Shown here in pieces: positions 9,717-21,346 of a stretch of DNA of 64,000 nt. The notes beneath the pieces are model-generated. The model was not told the DNA's origin. It saw nothing but the letters and a program-made list of their open reading frames with translations, and ran no database searches. The position numbers were made by a program, and so were the translations under genes. The DNA is from Syntrophales bacterium (GTDB lineage: Bacteria > Desulfobacterota > Syntrophia > Syntrophales > UBA4778): NCBI GenBank assembly GCA_041946925.1, contig JBHGBI010000005.1, positions 4,128 to 68,127 on the forward strand, in the 5' to 3' direction. Within the stretch, counting starts at the first letter, position 1, and the number at the start of each line of letters is the position of its first letter.

Positions 9717-10660
9717 ACAAAATGTATAAGTTCAGCCGTTTTCATTTTATTTTTCTTTCTTTCCTCCTTCTCATTTTCCTGAGGTCTCCGCTTCTATTTG
9801 CCGAAACCGTGGCGCAGACTGGTGCCGACAAGCAGTTCGGCTTTGCTGAAAGCCTCTTCGGGCAGGAGGACTATTTCCGGGCGATAACGGAATACAAGCG
9901 TTTTCTATTCCTTTTTCCGGAAGATACCCGGACGGAAAGGGCATACTTGCGGATAGCGGAGAGTTATTTCCGTGCAAAGCGGTGGTTAGAGGCTGTTTCC
10001 GCTCTTGATGAATTCATGCAGAGATACCCCCGCAGTTCCCTTTTCGACGAGGCCGTGTATCTTAAAGGTTTGTCTCAAAAAAATATGAAGAACTACGATC
10101 AGGCATTGTCTACTTTTGAACGCCTCATTAAAGAGGGCTCTCCTGCCTATCGAGACCGGGCGGTGTATCAACGCGCTTTGATCTTTGTCGAAAAGGAAGA
10201 CTGGAAAAGGGCGATAGAATCATTTGGCGCTATTTCCCGGAAGAGCGATCTTTTTCCTTCCGCGCAAATATTCGCCCAGGGGCTCGGCAAGATCGACGCC
10301 ATCCCCCATAAGGATCCTGTTATAGCCGGCTCGCTTGCGGCCGTTCTGCCGGGAGCCGGGCATCTCTACACGGAAAGGCCGACAGATGCAGCCGTTGCCT
10401 TTGTCCTGAATGCTGCCTTTATCTGGGCCGCCTATGAACTTTTTGACCGCGGAGAATATGTAACAGGGGGGGTTGTGACCTTTTTTGAAATCGGCTGGTA
10501 CGGAGGGAATATTTACAGTGCGGTCAGCAGCGCGCATAAATACAATGAACGATCTAAAAGCGAATTCATTCAAAAGCTCAAAGAAAGCAGTACCCTTTCA
10601 CTTCATCGTGATCGAAGGAACCCCTCCGATTGTTTTTTGATGTATTCCTTTATGTTTTAG
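9713..10660 (+). CDS. Exported TPR protein (BamD/CpoB-like repeats) with C-terminal membrane domain
   Basis: Signal peptide, TPR repeats (YFRAITEYKRFLFLFP, AYLRIAESYF), then a PGAGHLY hydrophobic domain. Confidence 0.75.
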   Translation: MNKMYKFSRFHFIFLSFLLLIFLRSPLLFAETVAQTGADKQFGFAESLFGQEDYFRAITEYKRFLFLFPEDTRTERAYLRIAESYFRAKRWLEAVSALDEFMQRYPRSSLFDEAVYLKGLSQKNMKNYDQALSTFERLIKEGSPAYRDRAVYQRALIFVEKEDWKRAIESFGAISRKSDLFPSAQIFAQGLGKIDAIPHKDPVIAGSLAAVLPGAGHLYTERPTDAAVAFVLNAAFIWAAYELFDRGEYVTGGVVTFFEIGWYGGNIYSAVSSAHKYNERSKSEFIQKLKESSTLSLHRDRRNPSDCFLMYSFMF

Positions 10661-10675
10661 ATGTAATATATTTAA

Positions 10676-11125
10676 ATGATAAAATATTTAATATTAATTG
10701 CATTGTTACTGATTTTCAGTGCGGTCTGTTTCGCCTCCGAAGGGGACACATTTGTGCCCTGGAATTTCAATAACGCCGGCTCTGCCATAACGCCCGTCGC
10801 CCTGAGGGGGGACAGGCAATCCGCTGCGGGTCTTGTTCTTGAAAAAGGACTTGCGTTTTTTCGCGATTATATCTCGGCGGTTGACGGAGACCGCTGTTCC
10901 ATGTACCCCACCTGTTCTTCGTACGGCGTACAGGCCGTCCAAAAGCACGGCTTCTTCATCGGGTTATTCATGACGGCGGACCGCCTGATACATGAATCCA
11001 ATGAAATGGATTACGCCCCCCAGGTGAATATCAACGGCAGAATCAGGTTTTTTGATCCTGTGGAGTGGAATGATTTCTGGTGGTCACCGGGTGTGCACAA
11101 TCCGAACCGGGATATTGACAATTGA
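10676..11125 (+). CDS. YidD-like (membrane protein insertion efficiency factor family) protein with N-terminal signal peptide
   Basis: YISAVDGDRCSMYPTCSSYGVQAVQKHGFFIG resembles the YidD core; hydrophobic N-terminus. Confidence 0.75.
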   Translation: MIKYLILIALLLIFSAVCFASEGDTFVPWNFNNAGSAITPVALRGDRQSAAGLVLEKGLAFFRDYISAVDGDRCSMYPTCSSYGVQAVQKHGFFIGLFMTADRLIHESNEMDYAPQVNINGRIRFFDPVEWNDFWWSPGVHNPNRDIDN

Positions 11126-11171
11126 TATTTAATTGATATTTTAAAGCTAAAAAATCTTTCTACAAAAAAGC

Positions 11172-12107
11172 ATGGCTGAAGATTACTACAAGGAACTCGG
11201 AGTCGACAAGAACGCGAGTCCTGAGGATATCAAAAAGGCTTACCGCAAGCTTGCCCTGAAATACCATCCCGACCGCAATCCCACGGACAGAAAAAGAGCC
11301 GAAGAGAAATTCAAAAAGATCAGCGAAGCTTACGCCGTCCTCAGCGACCCTGAAAAACGGAGGCAATACGACAGCTTCGGTTCAGAGTCCTTCAGCAGGC
11401 AATTCTCTCAGGAAGACATCTTCAGGGGATTCGACATTAACGAGATTTTGAGAGACCTTGGATTCGGCGGAATCGGTGGCCAGTGGAGCTTCGGCACCGG
11501 TGGCGGTAGGAGGCGCGTTTACACCCAGAGGCCCGGCGGGGGGTTCGGAGATATCTTCGGGACCGGCGCTCGATATGCCGAAGAGCCCGGGGAGAATCTG
11601 GAATATAATCTTTCGATAACACTGGAGGAATCAGCAAAGGGAGCCGAAAAGAAAATCGCGCTCAAGACGGACGGCAAGACCCAGGAAATCAAAATCAGAA
11701 TTCCGCCTGGAATAGCGTCGGGCCAGAAATTAAGGCTCTCGGGTAAGGGATTGCCGGGTGCGTACGGTGGCCCTCCCGGCGATATGTTTCTGAATATAAA
11801 CGTTTTGCCTCATCCTGTTTTCAAAAGAGAGGGAGATGATATCCTTCTGGAGACGGATGTGACATTTTCTCAGGCGGCGCTCGGTGCAACCATAGAAGTA
11901 CCAACGCTGAATGGGGTGACGAAAAGAATCAAGATACCGCCAGGTACGCAGGGCAATATGAAGATCCGGATGAAAGGTTTCGGAATACCGCATTTCAAGG
12001 GCCAAGGCAAAGGTGACCAGTACGTAAAGATCAATATCAGGGTGCCGAAGAAACTTTCCGAGAGACAGGAAGACCTGATAAAAAAACTTGCTGCGGAAGG
12101 AATGTAG
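11172..12107 (+). CDS. DnaJ-class chaperone without zinc finger (CbpA-like)
   Basis: J domain with HPD, G/F-rich region, DnaJ C-terminal domain, no CxxCxGxG repeats. Confidence 0.92.
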   Translation: MAEDYYKELGVDKNASPEDIKKAYRKLALKYHPDRNPTDRKRAEEKFKKISEAYAVLSDPEKRRQYDSFGSESFSRQFSQEDIFRGFDINEILRDLGFGGIGGQWSFGTGGGRRRVYTQRPGGGFGDIFGTGARYAEEPGENLEYNLSITLEESAKGAEKKIALKTDGKTQEIKIRIPPGIASGQKLRLSGKGLPGAYGGPPGDMFLNINVLPHPVFKREGDDILLETDVTFSQAALGATIEVPTLNGVTKRIKIPPGTQGNMKIRMKGFGIPHFKGQGKGDQYVKINIRVPKKLSERQEDLIKKLAAEGM

Positions 12108-12342
12108 ACTGTCTATTGAATGAATCAGCTTATTTTTTTAGGATATGAACCCCCCGCTGTGTCGTCTTCGCCCAATAAATCGATTTCCCATCTGTGATTA
12201 AAGCGTTTGACAATATCTTTAAACGCCTCTGAAAAATCTTAGATAAATTCTCCCTGGATATAGATTGTTTGAATATCAATGTAGAATGACTTCAGGAAAT
12301 AATTAACGTCTTATAAGATATGTTATGTAAACTTATCCCTCC

Positions 12343-13065
12343 TTAAATAAATTCAATCATCCCGGAGGCACCCATCTTGTCCCCGATAATGATGAGAATC
12401 CCGAGGACCCCTTCTATATTCAAGCCGAATTGTAAAGCCGGACGGATATCGGATTCTTTATTGACGCGATTGCCAACCGCGGTTGCCGCTGCATCAGCGA
12501 GTACCGCTGATTTCGATATCACGCACACTGCATCGGCGCGGCCGAAACTTACGGAATGCCCTACGGTTCCCGACGAAGTACATATTCCGAGTGGTGTTGC
12601 CTCTGGCCTGATCCTTAGCTTGATTTTTCCGCTCAAGGGAGACTTTCCGGAATATACCCCGATTCTCAGCTCCCTCTTTGATTTGAGGTAGATGTCGCCG
12701 CCGTTTTCGACGATAACCTGGTCTGTATGTTCGAGAATATCCTGCGCCACATACTGGGCGATGGCGCCGGCGACGGACGCCATTGGGCCGACATTTACCC
12801 GCGAGGATGCGTCTAGCATATCTCTTATTATCGGCGGCGCCAAATCGTCCTTCTCGATCGGCGAAAAGGATTTCATGAATTTCGGCCGGAGCTTTATATA
12901 TTCTTCAATAAAATTCCGGTATTTACAAACGGAATTTAAGGCAATGTCTGAAAGATTGCGGCCGGCGCTGATGAATAGATCGGTCTCCTTAACCTTAACT
13001 TCGAATATGGCGAGATCGGGACTGAAGACCTCGTTGCGATAAAATCTTCTCTGATAAAAGGGCAT
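12343..13065 (-). CDS. UPF0280 / ApbE-like protein
   Basis: VKETDL, VGPMASVAGAIA, IVENGGDI, GICTSSGTVGHSVSFGRADA, ADAAATAVGN. Alternative start 13089. Confidence 0.88.
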   Translation of the reverse strand: MPFYQRRFYRNEVFSPDLAIFEVKVKETDLFISAGRNLSDIALNSVCKYRNFIEEYIKLRPKFMKSFSPIEKDDLAPPIIRDMLDASSRVNVGPMASVAGAIAQYVAQDILEHTDQVIVENGGDIYLKSKRELRIGVYSGKSPLSGKIKLRIRPEATPLGICTSSGTVGHSVSFGRADAVCVISKSAVLADAAATAVGNRVNKESDIRPALQFGLNIEGVLGILIIIGDKMGASGMIEFI

Positions 13066-13122
13066 CTTTTGTTTATCAAAAATAACCACTTGTGCAGCAA
13101 AAAGAACAGCTGTGCACAGTGG

Positions 13123-16100
13123 TCAGACAGAGTTGAACCGCGTTCGACCGGAACCCAGGATACGATCGGCGCCTTTTTTCAATTGATCGGAAATATTGAG
13201 TTTGAAATCGTTTCCAAGATATATGACTGCTTCGGAGTCGTTTTCAAAAAAAAGATGAATGTAACCATCGGCCTTCCCGCGGTGCCCTTGTAGAAATTCC
13301 TTGAGTTCAGCAATCTTCTCTTCAGAAGCGTTCCCGTTGCTGAACAAATCGAAATGCACGGAGTTGAAGGGCCTTTCGATTGCATCAGAAAGGGGAATTA
13401 TTTCGGAGGCTATTATTTTGGCGCTCTCCTCGCCCATATCCAGAGTGCCCTTGACCAGGAGAGGATCATCACTGTGGAAAAGAGCGTCATATTTCTTATA
13501 TACTTCCGGAAACGCGATAAGCTGTACGGAACCTTTCATGTCTTCCATGGTAATGTAAGCCATCTTGTCTTTCTTCCTGGTCAGGGTCTCTCGGATATTG
13601 CTGACGATTCCGACGAAGGAAACGGTGTCTCCGTCTCTTCTCAACGACTTATAATCGTCCTCGACATCGCCGTTCTCTCTCCTCGAAGCCAGCATTGCAG
13701 AATCAATATCCGCGACAAGCCTGATCTTATCGGCAAACCCGGAAAGGGGATGGCTGGTTATATAGAACCCCAGCATTTCCTTTTCATACGAGAGCAGTTC
13801 CTCGCGGCTCCATTCAGGAATATTGCCTGCGGGAGATCCCGCATCTGGCTGTTCCCTGGTGTACGCCATCTGTTCAAGTTCGAAAAGGCCGGCCTGGTGT
13901 CTTCCGTTTTCCTTCTGGTTTTTCAGCACAAGTCCTATTATCTCTTCATAGCTCTCCATTAGCTGGCGGCGTTTCAGTCCAAGGGCGTCGAAGGCGCCGC
14001 ATTTAATAAGACTTTCCACGACCCTCTTGTTGATCTTGCGGAGGTCGACACGGTTGCAGAAATCGTAAAAGGAGAGAAATTTGCCTCCCTTTCTCCGGGC
14101 GGTGATGATAGCCTCAATGGCCCCTATGCCAACATTCTTCACGGCAGCGAGGCCGAAGCGGATCTTTCCGCCCGCCACGCTGAAATCATTTGAGGACTCA
14201 TTGATATCGGGCGGAAGTACGCTGATACCCATGTCTCTGCAGTCGCTGATATATTTGATGATCTTGTCCCTGTTATTCTTTTCGCTCGTCAGCAATGCCG
14301 CCATGAATTCGACAGGATAATGCGCTTTCAGGTATGCAGTCTGGTAGGAGATCATCGCATAAGCGGCGCTGTGTGATTTGTTGAACCCATATCCGGCGAA
14401 CGTTTCCATCTGTTCGAAAATCTTTTTTGCCTTGCCCTCGGATATCCTGTTCTTTTTTGCTCCGGCAAGAAACTTGGGCCTTTCTTTTTCCATTTCAGCC
14501 GCCTTCTTCTTGCTCATGGCCTTGCGGAAACTATCTGCCTCCCCCATTGTGTAATTCGCGAGGGCGCTGGCGATCTGCATCACTTGTTCTTGATAGAGGA
14601 TGACACCGTATGTTTCCTTCAAAATACTTTCCAGTTCGGGCACTTCGTAGGTAATTCTGGTTTTGCCCTGTTTCCGGCTGATGAATTCCGGTACCATCTT
14701 CAGGGGACCGGGACGGTAGAGGGCGATCAGAGCCATCACGTCCTCAATGCAGTCCGGTTTCATGCTGACGAGAATTTCTTTCATCCCGGAACTCTCAAGC
14801 TGGAATACTCCGTCCGTTTCCCCCTTCATCAAAAGCTGATAAGTCAGCCGGTCATCGAGGGGAATATTATTTATATCAACCTCCTCCCCCCTGACATCCC
14901 GGACGAATCTCAGGGTATCCCGGATTACCGTAAGAGTCTTCAGCCCCAGGAAATCGAACTTGATCAATCCCAATGCCTGCAAATCGTTCATCGGGAACTG
15001 CGTTACTATTTCATCTCGCTGACTTTTATAGAGAGGTACCCTCTCCACAAGCGGTTTATCGGAAATGACTACGCCCGCGGCATGGGTAGAGGAATGGCGG
15101 CTCAAGCCTTCCAGAGATTTGGACAGGGCCAGGAGCTTCCTTACTTTCTCATTCCTCTTTTCTTCCTCCTGCAGGCGTGGCTCAAGCTTTACGGCCGTTT
15201 CAAGGGTCATATTCGGCCCCATCGGAACCAATTTTGCGATCCTGTCCACTTCATTATAAGGCATATTCAGCGCCCTGCCGACATCGCGGATGACAGCCCT
15301 CGCCTGCATGGTGCCGAACGTGATAATCTGAGCCACTCGATCATTGCCGTATTTTTCAGTGACGTAGCGGATAATTTCGTTTCTGCCTTCCATGCAGAAG
15401 TCGATATCAATATCCGGCATGCTCTTGCGGTCGGGATTCAGAAAACGCTCAAAGAAAAGCCCGTAGCGGATAGGGTCGATATTGGTAATTCCCAACGCGT
15501 AGGCCACCAGGCTGCCAGCTACAGACCCGCGGCCAGGTCCGACGGGGATATTCATTCTTTTCGCGTAGTTGACGAAATCAGCGACAATCAGAAAATAGCC
15601 TGCAAAACCCATTGACCGGATGATATCAAGTTCCAGCCGGAGCCGTTTTTCGTATAAATCCTTTTTCTCCTCGGGCAGATTCTTTTTCAGCGCGTCCCAC
15701 CCCTTTTTCGCCAGGTCGCACAGGTATTCATCCAGCGTCTTTTCACCTTCGATCTCGAAATGGGGCAGGAAAATCTGGTCAAAATTAAGAGTCAGGTTAC
15801 ATTTCTCGGCTATTTTGACTGTATTAACAATCGCATCCGGGCAGTAACTGAACAGTTGCTTCATTTCCTCGGAGGAGCGGAAGTAGAACTGGTCGCTGCC
15901 CAGCTTCATTCTGTCCGTATCTTCAACTGTCTTTCCGGTCTGAATGCAGAGCAGGACATCGTGGGCTTCGGCGTCTCCGCGGCTAAGATAATGGCAGTCA
16001 TTCGTCGCCACTACAGGTATGGAGAGTTCTCTCCCCAGCTCTATAAGTTCGGCATTTACTTTTTTCTGTTCAGGAAGGCCGTTTTCCATGATTTCAAGAT

Positions 16101-16623
16101 AGAAGTGTTCTTCGCCGAAAATGTCACGGTATTCCATCGATGCCGCACGGGCTCCCTCCCGGTTTCCTTTAAGCAGGTGATCCGCTATTTCTCCATGGAG
16201 ACAGGCGCTCATCCCGATCAGACCTTCACTGTACTTTGCCAGAATTTCCTTATCCACGCGCGGCCGGTAGTAAAATCCCTCCAGGTAAGCGGCTGTCGTC
16301 AGACGGATCAGATTTTTGAATCCTTGCATGTTTCTGGCCAATACAACCAGATGGCGGGAAGATTCTCCGATGCCGTATGATTCCTTCTCCAGTCGGCTTC
16401 TTGGCGCTACGTAAAACTCGCAACCGATTATCGGTTTGACGCCGAATTTATAGGCCTGCTGATAGAATTCTATTGCCCCGAAAAGATTGCCGTGATCGGT
16501 TATTGCGACCGCGGGCATGGAGAAAGCCTTGACTTTCTCGAAAAGCCTGTCAAGACGGATAGCCCCGTCGAGCAGGCTGTACTGAGTGTGGACATGTAGA
16601 TGGACAAAATCGGTGTGTTTCAT
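13123..16623 (-). CDS. dnaE: DNA polymerase III alpha subunit
   Basis: HLHVHTQYSLLDG (PHP domain), GPGRGS, FERFLNPDRKSMPDIDIDF, GYGFNKSHS. No intein visible. Confidence 0.98.
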   Translation of the reverse strand: MKHTDFVHLHVHTQYSLLDGAIRLDRLFEKVKAFSMPAVAITDHGNLFGAIEFYQQAYKFGVKPIIGCEFYVAPRSRLEKESYGIGESSRHLVVLARNMQGFKNLIRLTTAAYLEGFYYRPRVDKEILAKYSEGLIGMSACLHGEIADHLLKGNREGARAASMEYRDIFGEEHFYLEIMENGLPEQKKVNAELIELGRELSIPVVATNDCHYLSRGDAEAHDVLLCIQTGKTVEDTDRMKLGSDQFYFRSSEEMKQLFSYCPDAIVNTVKIAEKCNLTLNFDQIFLPHFEIEGEKTLDEYLCDLAKKGWDALKKNLPEEKKDLYEKRLRLELDIIRSMGFAGYFLIVADFVNYAKRMNIPVGPGRGSVAGSLVAYALGITNIDPIRYGLFFERFLNPDRKSMPDIDIDFCMEGRNEIIRYVTEKYGNDRVAQIITFGTMQARAVIRDVGRALNMPYNEVDRIAKLVPMGPNMTLETAVKLEPRLQEEEKRNEKVRKLLALSKSLEGLSRHSSTHAAGVVISDKPLVERVPLYKSQRDEIVTQFPMNDLQALGLIKFDFLGLKTLTVIRDTLRFVRDVRGEEVDINNIPLDDRLTYQLLMKGETDGVFQLESSGMKEILVSMKPDCIEDVMALIALYRPGPLKMVPEFISRKQGKTRITYEVPELESILKETYGVILYQEQVMQIASALANYTMGEADSFRKAMSKKKAAEMEKERPKFLAGAKKNRISEGKAKKIFEQMETFAGYGFNKSHSAAYAMISYQTAYLKAHYPVEFMAALLTSEKNNRDKIIKYISDCRDMGISVLPPDINESSNDFSVAGGKIRFGLAAVKNVGIGAIEAIITARRKGGKFLSFYDFCNRVDLRKINKRVVESLIKCGAFDALGLKRRQLMESYEEIIGLVLKNQKENGRHQAGLFELEQMAYTREQPDAGSPAGNIPEWSREELLSYEKEMLGFYITSHPLSGFADKIRLVADIDSAMLASRRENGDVEDDYKSLRRDGDTVSFVGIVSNIRETLTRKKDKMAYITMEDMKGSVQLIAFPEVYKKYDALFHSDDPLLVKGTLDMGEESAKIIASEIIPLSDAIERPFNSVHFDLFSNGNASEEKIAELKEFLQGHRGKADGYIHLFFENDSEAVIYLGNDFKLNISDQLKKGADRILGSGRTRFNSV

Positions 16624-16630
16624 TTTCAAT

Positions 16631-16762
16631 AAAGGCTGACGCTAACGGCAAAGGTGTTTTTCAACAACTTGCTAAGGGGCTGAAATTTTTTTATTTGCAA
16701 TTGAGGCTGGTCAAAAACAATTCTTATTTTTATCTTTTTGCTTTTAGCCCTGGCCTTTCGCC
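16631..16762 (-). repeat. Paired heptamer repeat element in the guaB-dnaE spacer
   Basis: mRNA strand: GGCGAAA GGCCAG GGCTAAA 4 nt after the guaB stop, then complementary TTCAGCC/CTTAGC/TTTGCC/GTCAGCC before dnaE. Confidence 0.55.
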
Positions 16763-16766
16763 ACAA

Positions 16767-18242
<1,476 letters not shown>

Positions 18243-18315
18243 TTATCTAAATTATTATAACATGATATCCGCAAAATTCACGAAATTCCATCTCGGGCTC
18301 TGCTGTCATCTGAAC

Positions 18316-18801
18316 TCAAGACTGATTGCAGGCGATAATGTAGCGCTCATTTCCCTGAGAAATAAAGAAGGTATCATTCTCATTGTCGTACTCGATCCAT
18401 TCGGCAAGCTGATAATATCCGGCTCTCGAAAACCTGGCTTCGAAATTCCCGCCCTTGACAGAGCAATACATCACATTCTGATTATTCATGCGCAGGGTGG
18501 CGGGATCCAGCAACTCCGCCGAGCCGTCGCTCAGGAGTATCTGCCATTCTTCCCGGCCGCGGCTTTCCTCCACGAACCGATTTACCGAGGTAACGACAAA
18601 CGGCGTATCCTCGACCTCGAGGTAACATTTCTCGTCCCGCATCTCAATGATGTACCGGCCGGACTTGTCGCGCTTGAGATTCTGACACAATATTCTAATG
18701 ATATCTTTTCTAAACATTTCGGCCCCCCGGAAATACCAGACGCCGTCTTTATCGATCTTGATATCGCACGGGGGCAAATCCTTATCCAGTTCTTCACCCA
18801 T
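18316..18801 (-). CDS. DUF1285-like protein
   Basis: [33 protein letters not shown] resemble DUF1285. Lies in the dtd-guaB run. Confidence 0.75.
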   Translation of the reverse strand: MGEELDKDLPPCDIKIDKDGVWYFRGAEMFRKDIIRILCQNLKRDKSGRYIIEMRDEKCYLEVEDTPFVVTSVNRFVEESRGREEWQILLSDGSAELLDPATLRMNNQNVMYCSVKGGNFEARFSRAGYYQLAEWIEYDNENDTFFISQGNERYIIACNQS

Positions 18802-18804
18802 ATT

Positions 18805-19254
18805 TTAAAAAACCTTTCTGCTGTCGAGGAGAATTGTCACCGGCCCGTTGTTGAGAAGTTCAATAATCATACTGGCCTGGAATTCCCCGGCAGCCGCACG
18901 GATTGTCCTCTCTGATGCCCTGTACACGAAATAATTATATAATTCGCGCGCCGCCCCGGGCTCTTCAGCGCCTGTAAAAGAGGGTCTCCTCCCCTTGTGG
19001 CAATCCGCAAGCAGGGTAAACTGGGAAACAACCAGGATTTCTCCACGGATATCCTCCAGGGAGAGATTCATCTTCCCCTCCGTATCTTCGAATATACGGA
19101 GATTCACTATCTTATCCAGAAGGTAGTCCGCGTCTTTCTTGGTGTCGCCCTTTTCCACTCCCACAAAAACAAGCAATCCCCGCCCGATTGCGGCGATTTC
19201 CTCGCCGTCGACTTTAACTCTTGCAAAATCAACCCGTTGGATAACTGCTCTCAT
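18805..19254 (-). CDS. dtd: D-aminoacyl-tRNA deacylase
   Basis: [33 protein letters not shown]. Confidence 0.96.
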   Translation of the reverse strand: MRAVIQRVDFARVKVDGEEIAAIGRGLLVFVGVEKGDTKKDADYLLDKIVNLRIFEDTEGKMNLSLEDIRGEILVVSQFTLLADCHKGRRPSFTGAEEPGAARELYNYFVYRASERTIRAAAGEFQASMIIELLNNGPVTILLDSRKVF

Positions 19255-19373
19255 AAGAATATCTGGACCGGGTATAGCAATAAAAGTTTTTATCATCAAG
19301 TCTTTTCAGCAATTATTCCGCGGGCCTGATATCTTTCGCGCTTTTGGTTATAATTATATCATGTTATAGTGCG

Positions 19374-19407
19374 CCGCACTCACTCGGCGGCCGCCGATTG
19401 AGTGCGG
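19374..19407. repeat. 34-bp near-perfect palindrome between dtd and the MFS gene
   Basis: CCGCACTCACTCGGCGG|CCGCCGATTGAGTGCGG; 16 of 17 positions pair. Confidence 0.85.
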
Positions 19408-19424
19408 AAGAGAGGGATTCTGTC

Positions 19425-20831
19425 TTGATAAAGGAACACTCACCTGAACAGGAAGAGATCAGGAAGGCCGCTTTCTGGATCGCCACGATCAGTTCCTTCC
19501 TGACCCCTTTTATGGGATCTGCAGTCAATATAGCCCTGCCGTCCATCGGAGATGAATTTTCCCTGAAAGCCGTAACTCTGAGCTGGGTGAGTACGGTCTT
19601 CCTGCTCTCGGCCGCCATCGGCTTGGTTCCTATTGGCAGGCTGTCCGACATTTATGGACGGAAAAGGATCTTTCTGCAAGGGATCGTCCTTTATACATTT
19701 GCCTCCCTGCTATGCGCCCTGGCGTTTTCGGCAGACATGCTGATTCTCTGCCGGGCCCTCCAAGGCATAGGAAGCGCGATGATTTTCGGGACCGGTACAG
19801 CGATACTTGTATCCGTCTTCCCCCAGCAGGAGCGAGGCAAAGTTCTCGGCTTCAATGTCGCGGCGGTTTATTTCGGCCTTTCCGTCGGTCCCTTCGCCGG
19901 CGGATTGTTTACGCAATACGGCGGCTGGAGGAGCATATTTCTGATCAACATCCCCCTTGGGGCTTTTGTCATCTTCCTTGTTCGCAGGAAACTGAACACG
20001 GAATGGCTGGATGCGGCGGGCGAAAAATTCGATCTATCCGGTTCCATCCTGTACGGCGCCGCGGTCATTTCCTTCATGTACGGTTTCTCCATACTTCCAG
20101 GGCTGCCGGGATTATCGCTCATTGCTGCGGGAGTGATCCTGTTCATCGTATTCGGATTCCGGGAGACGCGCTCGGCGAACCCCGTTCTGGATGTTGGTCT
20201 CTTCAGAGAAAGCAGGGTTTTCAGGTATTCCAACATCGCGGCGCTGATCAATTACAGTTCCACGTTCGCCGTTGGCTTTCTCCTGAGTCTCTATCTGCAG
20301 TTCATGAAAGGGTTTTCTCCGTTCCATTCGGGACTGATCCTTGCGTCACAACCGGTGATGCAGTCCCTTTTTTCTCCTCTGGCGGGCAGGCTCTCGGACC
20401 GGATCGAGCCCAGGATTATCGCCTCTTCAGGGATGTTCCTCACCTTCTTATCTCTGCTTGCGCTGGTTTTCCTTAAAAGTGATACGGGTCTCGTCTATAT
20501 CATCTCGGCCTTGATCATCCTTGGTCTCGGATTCGCCCTTTTCTCATCACCTAATGTTAATGCCATTATGAGTTCGGTGGACAGAAAATTCTATGGAGTC
20601 GCCTCCGGCATTCTGGCGACCATGCGTATGATGGGGCAGACGCTGAGCATGGGGGTGGTGATGCTGACGTTCTCCGTATTCATTGGCGGGTCTCCCATTA
20701 CCGCGGAGCATCATCCCAATTTACTCACGAGCATGAAAACGGTCTTCATAGTGCTGACATCCCTGTGCTTCGCTGGCATCTTCGCGTCCTCGGCACGGGG
20801 CAAAATGCACGAAGAGACAAGGGGGGTATGA
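19425..20831 (+). CDS. MFS transporter, DHA2/EmrB-like (about 14 TM helices)
   Basis: VNIALPSI, GRLSDIYGRK, RALQGIG, WRSIFLINIP. Probable TTG start at 19425 after GAGGG (ORF track starts 19344). Confidence 0.9.
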   Translation: MIKEHSPEQEEIRKAAFWIATISSFLTPFMGSAVNIALPSIGDEFSLKAVTLSWVSTVFLLSAAIGLVPIGRLSDIYGRKRIFLQGIVLYTFASLLCALAFSADMLILCRALQGIGSAMIFGTGTAILVSVFPQQERGKVLGFNVAAVYFGLSVGPFAGGLFTQYGGWRSIFLINIPLGAFVIFLVRRKLNTEWLDAAGEKFDLSGSILYGAAVISFMYGFSILPGLPGLSLIAAGVILFIVFGFRETRSANPVLDVGLFRESRVFRYSNIAALINYSSTFAVGFLLSLYLQFMKGFSPFHSGLILASQPVMQSLFSPLAGRLSDRIEPRIIASSGMFLTFLSLLALVFLKSDTGLVYIISALIILGLGFALFSSPNVNAIMSSVDRKFYGVASGILATMRMMGQTLSMGVVMLTFSVFIGGSPITAEHHPNLLTSMKTVFIVLTSLCFAGIFASSARGKMHEETRGV

Positions 20832-20904
20832 ACAGAATTACAGTGGAGCAGAAAAATAAAATAATATATAAATATGCATCCTGAGCATCCCGGCAGAGAA
20901 TTAT

Positions 20905-21147
20905 ATGGACCTTAATGAAATCATTATCCGGTGTCTCAAATGCGGCCAAAAGAACCGCATTCCGCCGGATCGTTTAAGCAAAAAAATGCTGTGCGGCAAA
21001 TGTCACTCTCGTCTCGATGAGCTGATCGTGCAGTGTTTTATCTGCGGCGCCAAGAACCGCGTATCAGACGAGAAACTTCAGGCCCGCCCCATCTGCGGAC
21101 GCTGCCGCCTCCCTCTGTATAAGTGCAGCCGCCCGGTGTCTCACTAG
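20905..21147 (+). CDS. Small protein with two tandem thioredoxin-2-type zinc ribbons
   Basis: Two copies of CxxCGxKNR-x10-CGxC. Confidence 0.75.
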   Translation: MDLNEIIIRCLKCGQKNRIPPDRLSKKMLCGKCHSRLDELIVQCFICGAKNRVSDEKLQARPICGRCRLPLYKCSRPVSH

Positions 21148-21346
21148 CTGGCGCGCAGGGCATCTATGATGCTCGTGCGGGCCGCCCGCCTGTCCCGGCT
21201 ATCGAATTAAAGAGGAACATTCTTCTTGCCGAATGGCATTTTGTCGTGTAAAGGCAGATAAAGGTGTTTTTGATTGATTGACGGTTCTCTTTTCTTTTAT
21301 CCATGGGCTTATGCCGCCTTCAGCTGATGACACCAGGGAGTACGGA

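Noticed and set aside
13123-16623. Intein in dnaE
   Set aside because: Normal length and no intein splice motifs.
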